From the NCBI GenBank assembly GCA_963981035.1, contig CAXCCF010000001.1, forward strand, positions 23,006 through 87,005: DNA of 64,000 nucleotides, in the 5' to 3' direction. The notes beneath the pieces were generated by a model. That model worked only from the letters and a program-made list of their open reading frames with translations, was not told where the DNA came from and ran no database searches. Of the stretch, positions 8,351-24,300 are shown one piece after another. This DNA is from an uncultured euryarchaeote (GTDB taxonomy: Archaea > Thermoplasmatota > Poseidoniia > Poseidoniales > Poseidoniaceae). Each line of letters starts with the position of its first letter. Position 1 is the first letter of the stretch. A program made the position numbers and the translations under genes.

Positions 8351-10390
8351 TCAATCCCACTTGGATTGTACGAACATTGTCTGTGCTAATTCACCCGCTT
8401 TTTTTGTCCTAACAAACTCAATTCGTGATGCGATCAGGCATAAAATAAAGCCGATACCTGCAGCAAAAGCAGAACTATCGGCTACTCCTATAGCGCTACG
8501 AATCAATTCCGCATCTGGAATATCTGCTAATACAAAGCGGTTGGATGGTTCAAATCTGACATCTAACAAATCTAAATCACAATCACATAATGTGACAGAA
8601 ATTCTTTCTGGGAATAATGAATACTGCAATTGAGACCATTCATTTTCGGAGATAAAGGATGGCCTCGTACCCCATGCTGGAACGGTTACTGCGCCTGTTG
8701 AACTAGTAACAACCATATCAACATCAAGGTGGAAGATGGAAGAAGTGGGCTCCTCATCAACTACCATAAGCGCTTCCAACATTAGGAAATCAAGCAATAA
8801 TGAACGCCCTGAAAGAAGAATAAAACGCACAGTTTGTTGTTCTAACATACCCTCGTCTGTGGTTTGAGTACCACCTTTTGCTACTTGAGAAAAAATGGCC
8901 TTATCCATACGGAATGACTGAAGTTCAGGAACCAATAATTGATACCTACCATCTGGAAGAAGATACGCTTCTTCTATTTCTAATCTAAGTTTGAAATTTT
9001 CACCGTTGAGCATTCCCCAAGTAGAACCAGTATGCTCAACTAGAGTTTGTTGTGGAACACCTGGATATGAAACATCCCACAATTGTTGTAATCTCATATC
9101 CACCATCTCATCAAATGAGATCTCTCCTTCTAATTGGACCTCATCTGCCAATGCCCATACTGGACTAATTATCCCTCCGAAAAGCAAGAGGATTACACCC
9201 GGCGTAAAGAGTCCAAATCTAACTGCTGCTGAGGTTGTTAATCGTAGTGCTCCAAAGCCAAAACCAAGGAACGAGAGAATACTTATTATCAAGATTGGAC
9301 TCTCACTTCTTTGTAGGTTTATCATCGATGCGGAGTCATCTATGATTGCAGAACCTGCTGGATAATATGATTCACTCTCAAAACTTTCTGGTTCGATTGG
9401 TCCCGACCCTTCAAATCCCAACAATCCTGCCCATTGATACGGTTGAAATGCACCTGCTTTACCACCGATACAAAAATTATACTGGCCTATTGGTAAAGCT
9501 CTCCAACGATAAGAGATTCTAGTTTCATCATCATCTTCTGAAATTATTATTTCAGGTTGCCCAGTTAACCTTCCATTAGGGGTTATCAAATCTGGTAATC
9601 CATGTGATTGTTCAATTTCTATTGGCACAGAATCCCATATTAGGATGATTTTGAGCAATTCATGTTCCTCTACATCAAATTGCCAACAATCTCTATCATT
9701 TTCCACTAATGCGCCATAATGAACTGTTTCGAATTCTGTTTCAACCGGATTAATATCACCAGATGGCTCATCGACATTTGCTTCCTCGATATTTTCTGAC
9801 CATGGTATTGTCATTTCAAGGAATGAATCTCCCCAAAGATGTAATTCCCAAGTACTTGGCCTTTCGATTGTGAATGTTAAACGTAAGCGTACATTTTGAC
9901 CTGCCCATAACAGCCTTTCATTTTGTAAATCAAGTGGCTCATCACTCATTCTATAGGGTTCATTAACCGTTTGAGAGGGGATGTTTTGTGCAGGGAAATT
10001 CCAATCGGTAACACTGTTTCCGATAATCAAAGAAATGTCCAATTCAGGGCGAGTCCACCCCGACACATCCTCTCTTAATCGTAAATCGATAACCATTTCA
10101 TCCAATAAACTTGGCAGTAATGCCAGTTCTCTTTGCATTGGATGCATCTCAAACTCTAGAGTAACTTGCTTTGATTGACCCGGTGTTGCCATAATATCTT
10201 GAGAAATCATATCCTCTCCGGTTGCTGCAGTTGATGACAAAGAACAATTGTCAACATCATCACAGGCCAAAAATAGTTTACCACCATTTTCACTATCCGT
10301 TAATCCTGCTGAGACAATTGGAATAAACGATGTAAATAGAAGGCAGAAAAGCAATATTGCCAACGAAGTTGACTTAGACTCCGCCCTCAT
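8351..10390 (-). CDS. Hypothetical secreted/membrane-anchored protein
   Basis: About 680-aa ORF with signal-like N-terminus (LAILLFCLLFTSFIPIVSA), two internal TM helices, a C-terminal TM helix and several Cys pairs. ATG 10390 preferred. Confidence 0.7.
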   Translation of the reverse strand: MRAESKSTSLAILLFCLLFTSFIPIVSAGLTDSENGGKLFLACDDVDNCSLSSTAATGEDMISQDIMATPGQSKQVTLEFEMHPMQRELALLPSLLDEMVIDLRLREDVSGWTRPELDISLIIGNSVTDWNFPAQNIPSQTVNEPYRMSDEPLDLQNERLLWAGQNVRLRLTFTIERPSTWELHLWGDSFLEMTIPWSENIEEANVDEPSGDINPVETEFETVHYGALVENDRDCWQFDVEEHELLKIILIWDSVPIEIEQSHGLPDLITPNGRLTGQPEIIISEDDDETRISYRWRALPIGQYNFCIGGKAGAFQPYQWAGLLGFEGSGPIEPESFESESYYPAGSAIIDDSASMINLQRSESPILIISILSFLGFGFGALRLTTSAAVRFGLFTPGVILLLFGGIISPVWALADEVQLEGEISFDEMVDMRLQQLWDVSYPGVPQQTLVEHTGSTWGMLNGENFKLRLEIEEAYLLPDGRYQLLVPELQSFRMDKAIFSQVAKGGTQTTDEGMLEQQTVRFILLSGRSLLLDFLMLEALMVVDEEPTSSIFHLDVDMVVTSSTGAVTVPAWGTRPSFISENEWSQLQYSLFPERISVTLCDCDLDLLDVRFEPSNRFVLADIPDAELIRSAIGVADSSAFAAGIGFILCLIASRIEFVRTKKAGELAQTMFVQSKWD

Positions 10391-10449
10391 ACTTGTTGCT
10401 ATTGAGTCACTGCTTTCAATTAGCCGATTGCTTGAGCATAGAAATTGAA

Positions 10450-10992
10450 TCATTGAGAATTTACTTTTTTATCGACTAAGATTGTAGAGCAAAGTCTACA
10501 TTTATATTTGCGATTTCCTCGTTTCTGACGAGGATATGACTTTTCACAAGTATTGCATACCCAAAGCCATTTTGCCTTCAACAATCTAAGTGCTTCTGTG
10601 AATTTCGGCCCATCCGAAGAAGCGCTATTGCCTGGCCATGAACTTTCTAGTGATCTAAATATTGAATCATGTGCTCTCCATCCAAGAGCGTGGATGTATT
10701 CGTGGTGCAGTACAAATGCCGCATATGCATTCCATTCACTGTTCAGTAAAGAGGGGTGCAAATCAATTACCTCAACATCAAATATCGTCAAATTATTTAG
10801 GTTCGCATCTTTCTTCCATCTTGTCACTCCATGCCTTTGTGTAGCATTTTTTCGTAATACCCCAAGAGGTATTTCTGCCAATTTATCAACATCTTCATTT
10901 TGCCATGCTGGCATATCCTTCATGATATGAATTACTTCATCTCTTAACTGCAATAGTGCAGCATATGCAATGCCAGATGCCTTGGCCAACAA
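10450..10992 (-). CDS. SprT-like zinc metalloprotease with C-terminal zinc ribbon
   Basis: LHHEYIHALG...AHDSIF (HExxH...H), followed by CNTC...YKCRLC. Confidence 0.7.
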   Translation of the reverse strand: MLAKASGIAYAALLQLRDEVIHIMKDMPAWQNEDVDKLAEIPLGVLRKNATQRHGVTRWKKDANLNNLTIFDVEVIDLHPSLLNSEWNAYAAFVLHHEYIHALGWRAHDSIFRSLESSWPGNSASSDGPKFTEALRLLKAKWLWVCNTCEKSYPRQKRGNRKYKCRLCSTILVDKKVNSQ

Positions 10993-10998
10993 AACACC

Positions 10999-11466
10999 TC
11001 AATTCCAACGGTGATAGGCTGGGTGGCCTTCTTTTACTGCCACAAATAATCCGCTACCAGTTGCACAGACCTTGCCATTTGCTTCTAACATTAATTCAAT
11101 CTCAGCCCTATCATCGAGTAATTCCTTTACTTGACTTGTTATTACCAATTGACAATCTTTTGGCGTTGGACGGCGTAATTTTACAGAATATGAGGCTGTT
11201 ACTGTGCAAGGTGGCTCATCCATGCCCTGTGCATCCATTATGGCAATTGCAGCGGTCCAATTGCCATGACAATCCAATAATGTACCAATGATTCCACCAT
11301 TTATCATCCCAGGAAATGCCTGATGATGTTCCTCTGGTGTGAAATTTAATGTCAAACCATTGTCAATTCTATGACTATCAATTCTCAAGCCCTTTTCATT
11401 TGCAGGGCCACAGCCAAAACAAATTGATTTTTCCGCATATTGACGTTGTACTCCAACTCCGCTCAT
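10999..11466 (-). CDS. PaaI/hotdog-fold acyl-CoA thioesterase
   Basis: CFGCGPANEKGL N-terminus, FPGMINGGIIGTLLD, VTASYSVKLRRPTP. Confidence 0.85.
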   Translation of the reverse strand: MSGVGVQRQYAEKSICFGCGPANEKGLRIDSHRIDNGLTLNFTPEEHHQAFPGMINGGIIGTLLDCHGNWTAAIAIMDAQGMDEPPCTVTASYSVKLRRPTPKDCQLVITSQVKELLDDRAEIELMLEANGKVCATGSGLFVAVKEGHPAYHRWN

Positions 11467-11557
11467 GTCCGTTGCTTAGACTCAAAGCCTATGTTTGCTT
11501 TGGTAATCCATAGGAAATAAGCGTAGTATTGATGATGAATGAGCCAAAGGGCTGTTC

Positions 11558-12883
11558 ATGGGTGGCAAGAAGAAGGTCAAGAAGACCAAAGTTCGTGTCG
11601 CTGTGGAAATGCCCAAAAGTAGGAGAATGGCAATTGAAGAAGCGATGGCTTCCCACCAACCAGAGGACCATCCCGAATGGGATAGAGGCGCTGAATGGGG
11701 TGATGTCCGATTTTATCGAAAGCGCATCAAACCAGGAACTTTGAGGACAATTCATTTGCCACTATTAGAAGTGGAATTGGGAGATTCTTGGCCGATTCCA
11801 ATAACAATATTGCATGGAGTTCGCCCGGGCCCTACTGTAACAATTCTAGGAGCTATTCATGGAGATGAATTGACAGGACCAAGTGCTTGTACCCATCTAT
11901 TGAGTAATGCATTTACAGATATTGGCAAAGAACTTGACCCTGAAAAATTGGCTGGAACAGTAAGAATTGTGCCAGTGGTAAATCTGCCAGGATATCGTTC
12001 AAAATCTAGATATTTCCCCGATGGGAGAGATTTGAATCGCCAATTCCCAGGAGACCTAAAAGGACCAACTACGCGAAGGGTGGCGGCACAAATTGTTCGA
12101 AACTTAATCGAAGATTCTGATGCCATAATAGACTTGCATAGTGCAGCCAAAGGAAGGAATAATATGCCTCAAATAAGGGCCGACCTAGCCCATGTAGGGA
12201 CTAACCTACTCGCCAAGTCATTCGGTATTGAAATCATATTGGATTCAAAGCCGCCTAAGGGTTCGCTGAGAAAATTTGCAAACTCCATAGACATCCCATC
12301 TATTACCTACGAAGGTGGTGGAGCAAATCTGTTAGACCATGAGTCGGTCAAGGTAGCAATCTATGGGGTTCTAAACTCCTTAAGAATTATGAAAATGATT
12401 CCAGGTAAGCCGAATAGACCAAAGTTTAGAGTTTTAGCATCCGGTTCAAGTTGGATTCGAGCGGGCGAAGGAGGATTGTTGGACATGTTTGTTGGTGCTG
12501 GAACATTGATGAAAAATGGTGAAGTTGTTGCTAGTATTTCAGATCCAGCAACACCTGGATTAACTGTAGATGTCGTTGCACCGGAAGATGGATTGGTTAT
12601 TGGCGCTGCGACAAATCCATTTACTTCCGCCGGAATGCCTGTTGGGCACTTCTTGCCGATTTCTAAGCACCTCAAATTACTAGAGGAACAGGTTGATGAA
12701 AATGGTAGATTCGTCACTTGTGGCTCACAGGGTGAACCTTCATGGAGAGAAGAAGTTGATGTTGATGAAGTTGCACTAGAAGGGCAATGGAGCGACGATG
12801 GCGTTGATTCTGAATGGACATCGTCAAAAATAAATGATGATGTTGATACCGATGGAATTGGCGATAATGAAGAAGAGAATTAA
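11558..12883 (+). CDS. Succinylglutamate desuccinylase/aspartoacylase family (M14-like) hydrolase
   Basis: GAIHGDE, RDLNRQFPG, DLHSAA, ITYEGG and a C-terminal biotinyl-like segment. Lys-rich N-terminus and acidic tail. Confidence 0.88.
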   Translation: MGGKKKVKKTKVRVAVEMPKSRRMAIEEAMASHQPEDHPEWDRGAEWGDVRFYRKRIKPGTLRTIHLPLLEVELGDSWPIPITILHGVRPGPTVTILGAIHGDELTGPSACTHLLSNAFTDIGKELDPEKLAGTVRIVPVVNLPGYRSKSRYFPDGRDLNRQFPGDLKGPTTRRVAAQIVRNLIEDSDAIIDLHSAAKGRNNMPQIRADLAHVGTNLLAKSFGIEIILDSKPPKGSLRKFANSIDIPSITYEGGGANLLDHESVKVAIYGVLNSLRIMKMIPGKPNRPKFRVLASGSSWIRAGEGGLLDMFVGAGTLMKNGEVVASISDPATPGLTVDVVAPEDGLVIGAATNPFTSAGMPVGHFLPISKHLKLLEEQVDENGRFVTCGSQGEPSWREEVDVDEVALEGQWSDDGVDSEWTSSKINDDVDTDGIGDNEEEN

Positions 12884-12892
12884 TCTTCAATA

Positions 12893-14149
12893 TTAATTGC
12901 CCTTGAATGATTCAACTGCTTGATGAATTTCTTCATCGGTCATATTCCTTCTTTGACTCTTAGCGACTTCGAACATGTGTGCAACTAATTCATCAGTTAC
13001 TGCAATTTCATTTTGCTCGAGCCACCAAATAATGTTTGAACGTCCAGCCATATGGCCGATTCTAATAACTTGTTTTAATCCAAAATCAGCAGCAGGAACT
13101 CCAGAATATACCCTGTCAGCAAGCCATTGGTCTCCCTTTTTCATCGCTTTTATCACAGCAGAAGCATGAACTCCTGTTCCTGTTTCAAAGGCATCTCTTC
13201 CAAATACTGGATAATTATGTGGTAATGGCACCTCAATGTACTCATTTGCTTTCTTTACATACTCATCTAATAATGTCAAGTCATTATCAATAACGCCCAT
13301 TAATTTCAAATTTACAAGTGTTTGGTCAAGTGGTGCATTACCTGCTCTTTCACCTACCCCAAGTGCAGTTCCATGAATGACATCAGCGCCTGCTTCAACC
13401 GCTGCAATATTATTGGCCACACCTAATCCTCTATCTTGGTGCCCATGCCAGTTAACCTCAATTTCACTACGCATATATCCTGAATCCTTTATCACTTCTT
13501 CATCAATAAAATGTAATAATTTCTTTACTCCATTTGGAGTAACGTGGCCACATGTATCGCAAACGCAGAGCCTACGTACACCTAATTCCATAGCTCTTTG
13601 ATAAATCATTTTGACATCTTCAGGTTTTGACCTTGTTGTATCTTCTGTGACAAACATCACTGGTACATCGTTTTCTACTGCATAGGATACTGCTTTTTCC
13701 ATGGTCGTTTGTAACTTTTCCATAGTCCATCCTTCAGTGAATTGTCGTATTGGACTAGTTCCCAAAAATGCACTCGCTTGAATTTGAATCCCATGCTTTT
13801 GTTGTAATTCAACAAGAGGTTCAATATCATTCATCAATGTCCTAACAGCAGCACCAGGCTTTATCGCATAATCATTTTCAATAATATGAGATAACATTGA
13901 ATCAATATGGTCTACATGGAATGGACCTGCTCCTGGCAATCCAAGATCGACCTTCTGGATTCCTAACTTTTCCATGTAAGATAATAACTCAATTTTCTGT
14001 GAAATCGTGGGATTGCGAGCACTTGGACTTTGTAATCCATCTCTTAAGGTCTCATCATCAAACCATACACCATGAGGGTGATTGTTAGGATTTCTAGTAA
14101 TGTCATAATCGATTGTATTCCAATCATAAATAAGTGCACGCTCATCCAT
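12893..14149 (-). CDS. LeuA/homocitrate synthase-like DRE-TIM metallolyase lacking the C-terminal regulatory domain
   Basis: DETLRDGLQ, EDTTRS, CDTCG, WHGHQDRG, GERAGNAPL. Ends at 418 aa. Confidence 0.8.
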   Translation of the reverse strand: MDERALIYDWNTIDYDITRNPNNHPHGVWFDDETLRDGLQSPSARNPTISQKIELLSYMEKLGIQKVDLGLPGAGPFHVDHIDSMLSHIIENDYAIKPGAAVRTLMNDIEPLVELQQKHGIQIQASAFLGTSPIRQFTEGWTMEKLQTTMEKAVSYAVENDVPVMFVTEDTTRSKPEDVKMIYQRAMELGVRRLCVCDTCGHVTPNGVKKLLHFIDEEVIKDSGYMRSEIEVNWHGHQDRGLGVANNIAAVEAGADVIHGTALGVGERAGNAPLDQTLVNLKLMGVIDNDLTLLDEYVKKANEYIEVPLPHNYPVFGRDAFETGTGVHASAVIKAMKKGDQWLADRVYSGVPAADFGLKQVIRIGHMAGRSNIIWWLEQNEIAVTDELVAHMFEVAKSQRRNMTDEEIHQAVESFKGN

Positions 14150-14254
14150 ATCGATTCACCTAGTTACCGCGACAAAGGCGCCGCCGCAATCAAGGACAGA
14201 AACTCACTATGTTTGAACTCGTCGCATAAGGCGCTTTGCCAAAATGTGAGAAAA

Positions 14255-19439
<5,185 letters not shown>

Positions 19440-20237
19440 ATGGCTGACCCAAAGGTGTGTGTCTCTCTTGAAGCGACTACGTTGAAAGAAGTAATGGACG
19501 AAGCGGCAAGAGCAAGTCTTGCTGGCGCCGATATGATTGAAATTCGATTTGACCGCCTGTACATGATAAGGCCTCAGGCCACCATTTCAGAAGGCGAAGA
19601 TGGTGAGAGAATTTCTTACACCCCTCCTGCTGTTGAGTGGGCAACCCGTGATTTTGATTCAATAAATGTTGAAACTTCTATTGAATCATTCAAGGAAGGA
19701 ATCTCATTACCCGTTATTTTCACAGTAAGACCGGTTCGTGAAGGTGGATTCTTTATCGGCACAGAAGAACAACGTATTGAAATTCTGAAAATGGCTATCA
19801 ATTCAGGTGTTTCATGGGTTGACCTTGAAACAAGCATCGAAGAAAAGACAAGAGCTGAACTATTAGATGCTGCAAGAGCTTCTGATTGCCAAGTAATAGC
19901 ATCTACTCACAATAATCAGTCTATGCCATCTGCAGCAGACATCTCTGAATTAGTTCGTACAAACAAAGACCTTGGAGAGATTGTCAAGTTCTGTGGAAAG
20001 GTATCAAACCATCAAGATGCATTACAACTCATTGAAGCATCACAAGAGTTAGCTGATGGCGATATAGAATTTAGTTTGATGGGATTGGGCAATGGAGGAG
20101 ACTGGACCCGTATCCATGCACCTGTACTAGGACAAACACTGGTCTTTGCTACAATGTTAAACGAATTTAGATTGAACGAGAAAGGATTGGTCAATGTAAA
20201 CGATCTAAGAGATGCCTGGGCACTCCTTGAATACTAA
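19440..20237 (+). CDS. aroD: Type I 3-dehydroquinate dehydratase
   Basis: DMIEIRFD, PVIFTVRPVREGG, WVDLE, IASTH (His), IVKF (Schiff-base Lys), MGLGNGGDWTRI. Confidence 0.88.
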   Translation: MADPKVCVSLEATTLKEVMDEAARASLAGADMIEIRFDRLYMIRPQATISEGEDGERISYTPPAVEWATRDFDSINVETSIESFKEGISLPVIFTVRPVREGGFFIGTEEQRIEILKMAINSGVSWVDLETSIEEKTRAELLDAARASDCQVIASTHNNQSMPSAADISELVRTNKDLGEIVKFCGKVSNHQDALQLIEASQELADGDIEFSLMGLGNGGDWTRIHAPVLGQTLVFATMLNEFRLNEKGLVNVNDLRDAWALLEY

Positions 20238-20264
20238 TCTAAGATTAGATAATATTCGCCACGC

Positions 20265-21302
20265 CTATTGATTCGGCGGTGGCAATTGAGGCATAGGTGG
20301 AACATCCTTTGCAACTGGCTCATGAATCACAGCAGCAGGTATTTCTAATGAAGGAATTAGTTCTTCTTGCTTAGTTCCTAATCCTGCCCCCATGTACTTG
20401 CGATTCACAATTATTGGCGCAATCATCAATGAACCTACGATTGCTAAAAAGGCAATTGAAACTGTCCAAGGTGGCAGAACAAAGGAACGTAGTGTTGTTA
20501 CAATAGAAACATCAGCATGAGTGATTTTATCCGAAGGTTCTGCGTCCGAATCATGTGAATTATCCCATGTATCGACTACTAAATAGAAGTCTTCCCAATT
20601 ATCACCACCGAATAGGCTTTGATAGTACTCAGGCCCATCTAAACTGATCGAAAGGGCAACTTCATCTACATTTTCATATTCATGTGCATCCCTAAAGGTA
20701 CGCCATCCCCAAATGTCAAAACTTCTCCACTCTGGGTCAATGTTTTTGAGATTATTTTCAAAGTCACCCCACCAATCCCACTGATTGTGTTGCATATCAT
20801 ATGATTCAGCATAGGATTCGTATTGGTTTGTAGTCATCAAATAGACATCCCCAAATGCAGGAATTATTGAATCGCCAACCGAGTGGGTTAACGTGACACA
20901 AATTGTAGTCCTATATTCACTTGAAAGATTTAGGCGTAATGCACCGACGCTATCATTTCCAACTTTCATAAAAGTGCTATAATCATCTGTTAGAGGCAAT
21001 AATGGCTGCCTAGTCCAAGAATTTTGGTACATGTATGGTTGTTCAGGACTTAGGGGGGGGTTATTCTCAATATTCCCGTTACTACCACCATCGTCTTCGT
21101 CAAAATAATAATTATCGTAATAATTCCCAGAGAATGGGACTTCTGCAACCCTTTGGATTGATTCATTCCAAGCCACTGGTTGCCAATCACCTGAACAGGC
21201 ATTGGAAGCTTGGGCATTAGAAATAATACCACCTCCAGTGAAACCACTCGAAGTGAGGGGAATTAAGACCAATATCGCTACAAAAATTGTCACTATCCGC
21301 AC
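20265..21302 (-). CDS. Hypothetical secreted protein with C-terminal TM anchor and Pro-rich tail
   Basis: Signal-like N-terminus, Trp/Tyr/Asp-rich core, TM PWTVSIAFLAIVGSLMIAPIIV, tail PPMPQLPPPNQ. Confidence 0.65.
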   Translation of the reverse strand: MRIVTIFVAILVLIPLTSSGFTGGGIISNAQASNACSGDWQPVAWNESIQRVAEVPFSGNYYDNYYFDEDDGGSNGNIENNPPLSPEQPYMYQNSWTRQPLLPLTDDYSTFMKVGNDSVGALRLNLSSEYRTTICVTLTHSVGDSIIPAFGDVYLMTTNQYESYAESYDMQHNQWDWWGDFENNLKNIDPEWRSFDIWGWRTFRDAHEYENVDEVALSISLDGPEYYQSLFGGDNWEDFYLVVDTWDNSHDSDAEPSDKITHADVSIVTTLRSFVLPPWTVSIAFLAIVGSLMIAPIIVNRKYMGAGLGTKQEELIPSLEIPAAVIHEPVAKDVPPMPQLPPPNQ

Positions 21303-21358
21303 TATTGCCTACCCCCCTTCATGCATTCCAATACAGAGGGGGTTGATGGATATAACGC

Positions 21359-24300
21359 TCAACCTCTTCTTCTCAATGGGCGTACATAACCTGAATCATC
21401 AGAACGACGTTCGTCCTTTGAAAGTATGGATGGCGCTGGTGGCGGTGCATGGTGATCCATTCCCAACAATCCACCCTGTGACTCAACATGCTCCACATCA
21501 TAGGTTTCTGATGCTTTCTTCGCTTCCTCTTCTATTTCAGTAGGCTCCCTCATTACAAACCATCCAAGAATGAGTGCTGCTGCGATCAATACGATGAATG
21601 TCAATAGGTCAGAACCGGCATCTGCAAGCCAATTTTTCCAATCTTGGACACTGAAATCGGATAATGATGGTGGTGCCTCTGCATCCGGAAGTACTTGCAC
21701 GTCTGTATCCATTTCATCACACATTCCAAGTCCATTACAGGCTTGAATTCTAATTTGCACCAATCCTGCTTCTTGCCAACTTGCGGAAACTCTTGATCTT
21801 GAACCTGCTAGTGGAGAAACCCAATCATCAGAATAAATACCATTTTCATTTGCATCTATATCTAAATCTAAATCCCATTGCACTAACAACCCAGATTCTA
21901 TTCTCTCATCACGGTCACTAATTGACCCATCTGCTACATTCAAATCTCTGTAAACTATCATTTCATCATTATCTGCAAATGTGATATTGGCACTCAGAGA
22001 ATTAACATCACCTTCAAACACATCTTCTGGAATGAAAATTTCTTCAACAACAGGTGGTTTTTCAATAATAACTGTGAATGATTGTCGGGTTACATCTCCG
22101 GTTCCAAATGAATCCCTAACTGTTAATGTCACAACATATTCTCCTGGAAGAGAATAAGAATGCCATGGTGATGATTCGTGATTCAAAGGCGTTGCATCTC
22201 CGAAATCCCAAGTATAACTAACAATACCATTCCATTCTGGTGAAGCAGTTTCTAGTGGAACATACATCCCTTCATAGCGTCGGTCACCATCTCTAGTACC
22301 TTCAGAATCAAAGAATAACAAGGTACCCGGTGCTGCTACTGTGTTGCCATCATCATCAAAGGTTCTAGACCAAGACTCCGCCACCGTTCCTTCTGGGAAA
22401 GAGGTTTCATCTGTCACTATCTCTCCATCTAACCATGCATCCAATATCTTCACACTAATTATTGGAACAGGATTCGAAATTCGGATAGTCATTGCCTTTG
22501 TGATGCTTTCTTCTCCACTCTCATCGGTTACAATCAGCACTACATTGTGGACTCCTGGCTCGGTAAAAGTGTGGGTAACTTGCGGCCTATCCCCGAATGT
22601 ACCATCTGAAAAACTCCAGTTGAAAGTAAGGTCGCTTGAATCTCCAACCGTTCCATCAGGGTCAAAACTATTCCTTCCATCAAAGGTATACGGCAGATCA
22701 ACTTGTCCATCAGTAGCACGGAAATCGATTAACTCAGAACCTGTTGAGGCAGTGGTGCGAACAAGGAAATCTGCAACTGGTATCTGATTGAGAACTGTAA
22801 CATAAAATTGTGCTGTTGATGAACTTCCATCGTCATCGGTTGCTATTAATTGTACAGTCATTACTCCAGCATAGTCCCACCCTACTATAGGATTGGATTG
22901 GGCACTGCTGGTGGTGGTGAAATCGTCAGTCCTATCGAGATTTCCACCGTTGAGGTTAACCCCCTCTGGGAAACTCCATGCATAAGTTACAATTTGCCCA
23001 TCATAATCTTTGAAAACATCTGGCATTACTAAAGGAGTATAGGTATATGTGGTCATGTTTTCAGACCAAATTTGAACAGGAACACGATTGTTAACATGAA
23101 CCAAAATAGATTTCATTCCAACATTAATTCCATCGGAAACACTGAGTGTAAGTGTATATGTCTCATTTGTTGAATTTAATGCACCCCATTCATGGTGAGC
23201 AGAATACATTCCAACTCCGTCTTGTGCAGAACCATCACCCCAATCCCAATCAAATTGTAGATAATCTGTTGGCACATTATCGGCAGTTCTTCCTGCCGAG
23301 AATAGAATCTTCTGATTTGTTAAGATTGATATTTCTGTATCGATAACAACATTGTTAACCGTGATAATTGGTACAGGCTGTGTACTATCATTGACCACTA
23401 TTTCATGAATATCTGTTTCAGACCAAGTTCCACCAACATCTTGAATTCTCAAAGTTGTATTGTAAGTACCAACCGATGTATAGTGTCTTATTGGAGACTT
23501 CAAATTTGAAGACATGTTATCTCCAAAATCCCATGCATAAGCAATTGGAGCATCATAATATGGCAACGAATTATTATCGAGAGATAGTCCCCACGCATCA
23601 AATCCATCACCAATGAATTGAACGTTTTCCCATGTTTGTGTTTGATTTGGTGCTATACTACCATTTGCTGTTGGTCGCATATTTGTCAATGATTGAGGGG
23701 CTGTTGTCATTGAATCAACGACTGTTCCTAGCATATCTTGCATTTCTAAATCAAATGTATATTGGTCTGTAATCGCTGCAGTAAAGTAAACATCTCCTTC
23801 AACATCTACTCCACCACCGGCAGAGATTCTATTGGTAATAGAATCAATTTCATTACCAAATCCGTCCTTCACCTTTACTGTTACATCTAAATCTTCAAAG
23901 AATGCATTTGACAACACATTGTAGTTGATATGAGCGGTATCTGGAGAACCATCGCCATCTCTATCTGAAAGAGTTGTCGTGTTCAAAGCAACAGTTGCTG
24001 GCGAGGTAATCCTTGCTGCTTCAACATCGATTGTACCCTGTGGATATGAAGAGCCACAAGAAGTGTAATCACAGTCTGCAACTGTACTAGCATACCATGT
24101 AATCGCCCAAACTTCATCGGTCAAATTACCAAATCCAGGTATTAGCCCAGTAGCAACATTATTTTGGAAATCTAATTCTGAAACACTCCATAGACCATCT
24201 GATGTTGATTTTGAAACCAATACTCCATCAAAATTGCTGACATCGGTAGTAAATCTCATTGTCAAAGGTGCTGGAGAGGAAGAACCAGGAGTGAATTTGA

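Noticed and set aside
21053-21060. G8 homopolymer in a surface-protein gene as a phase-variation switch
   Set aside because: The ORF is in frame (Asn-Pro-Pro-Leu), and a single sequence gives no evidence of length variation.
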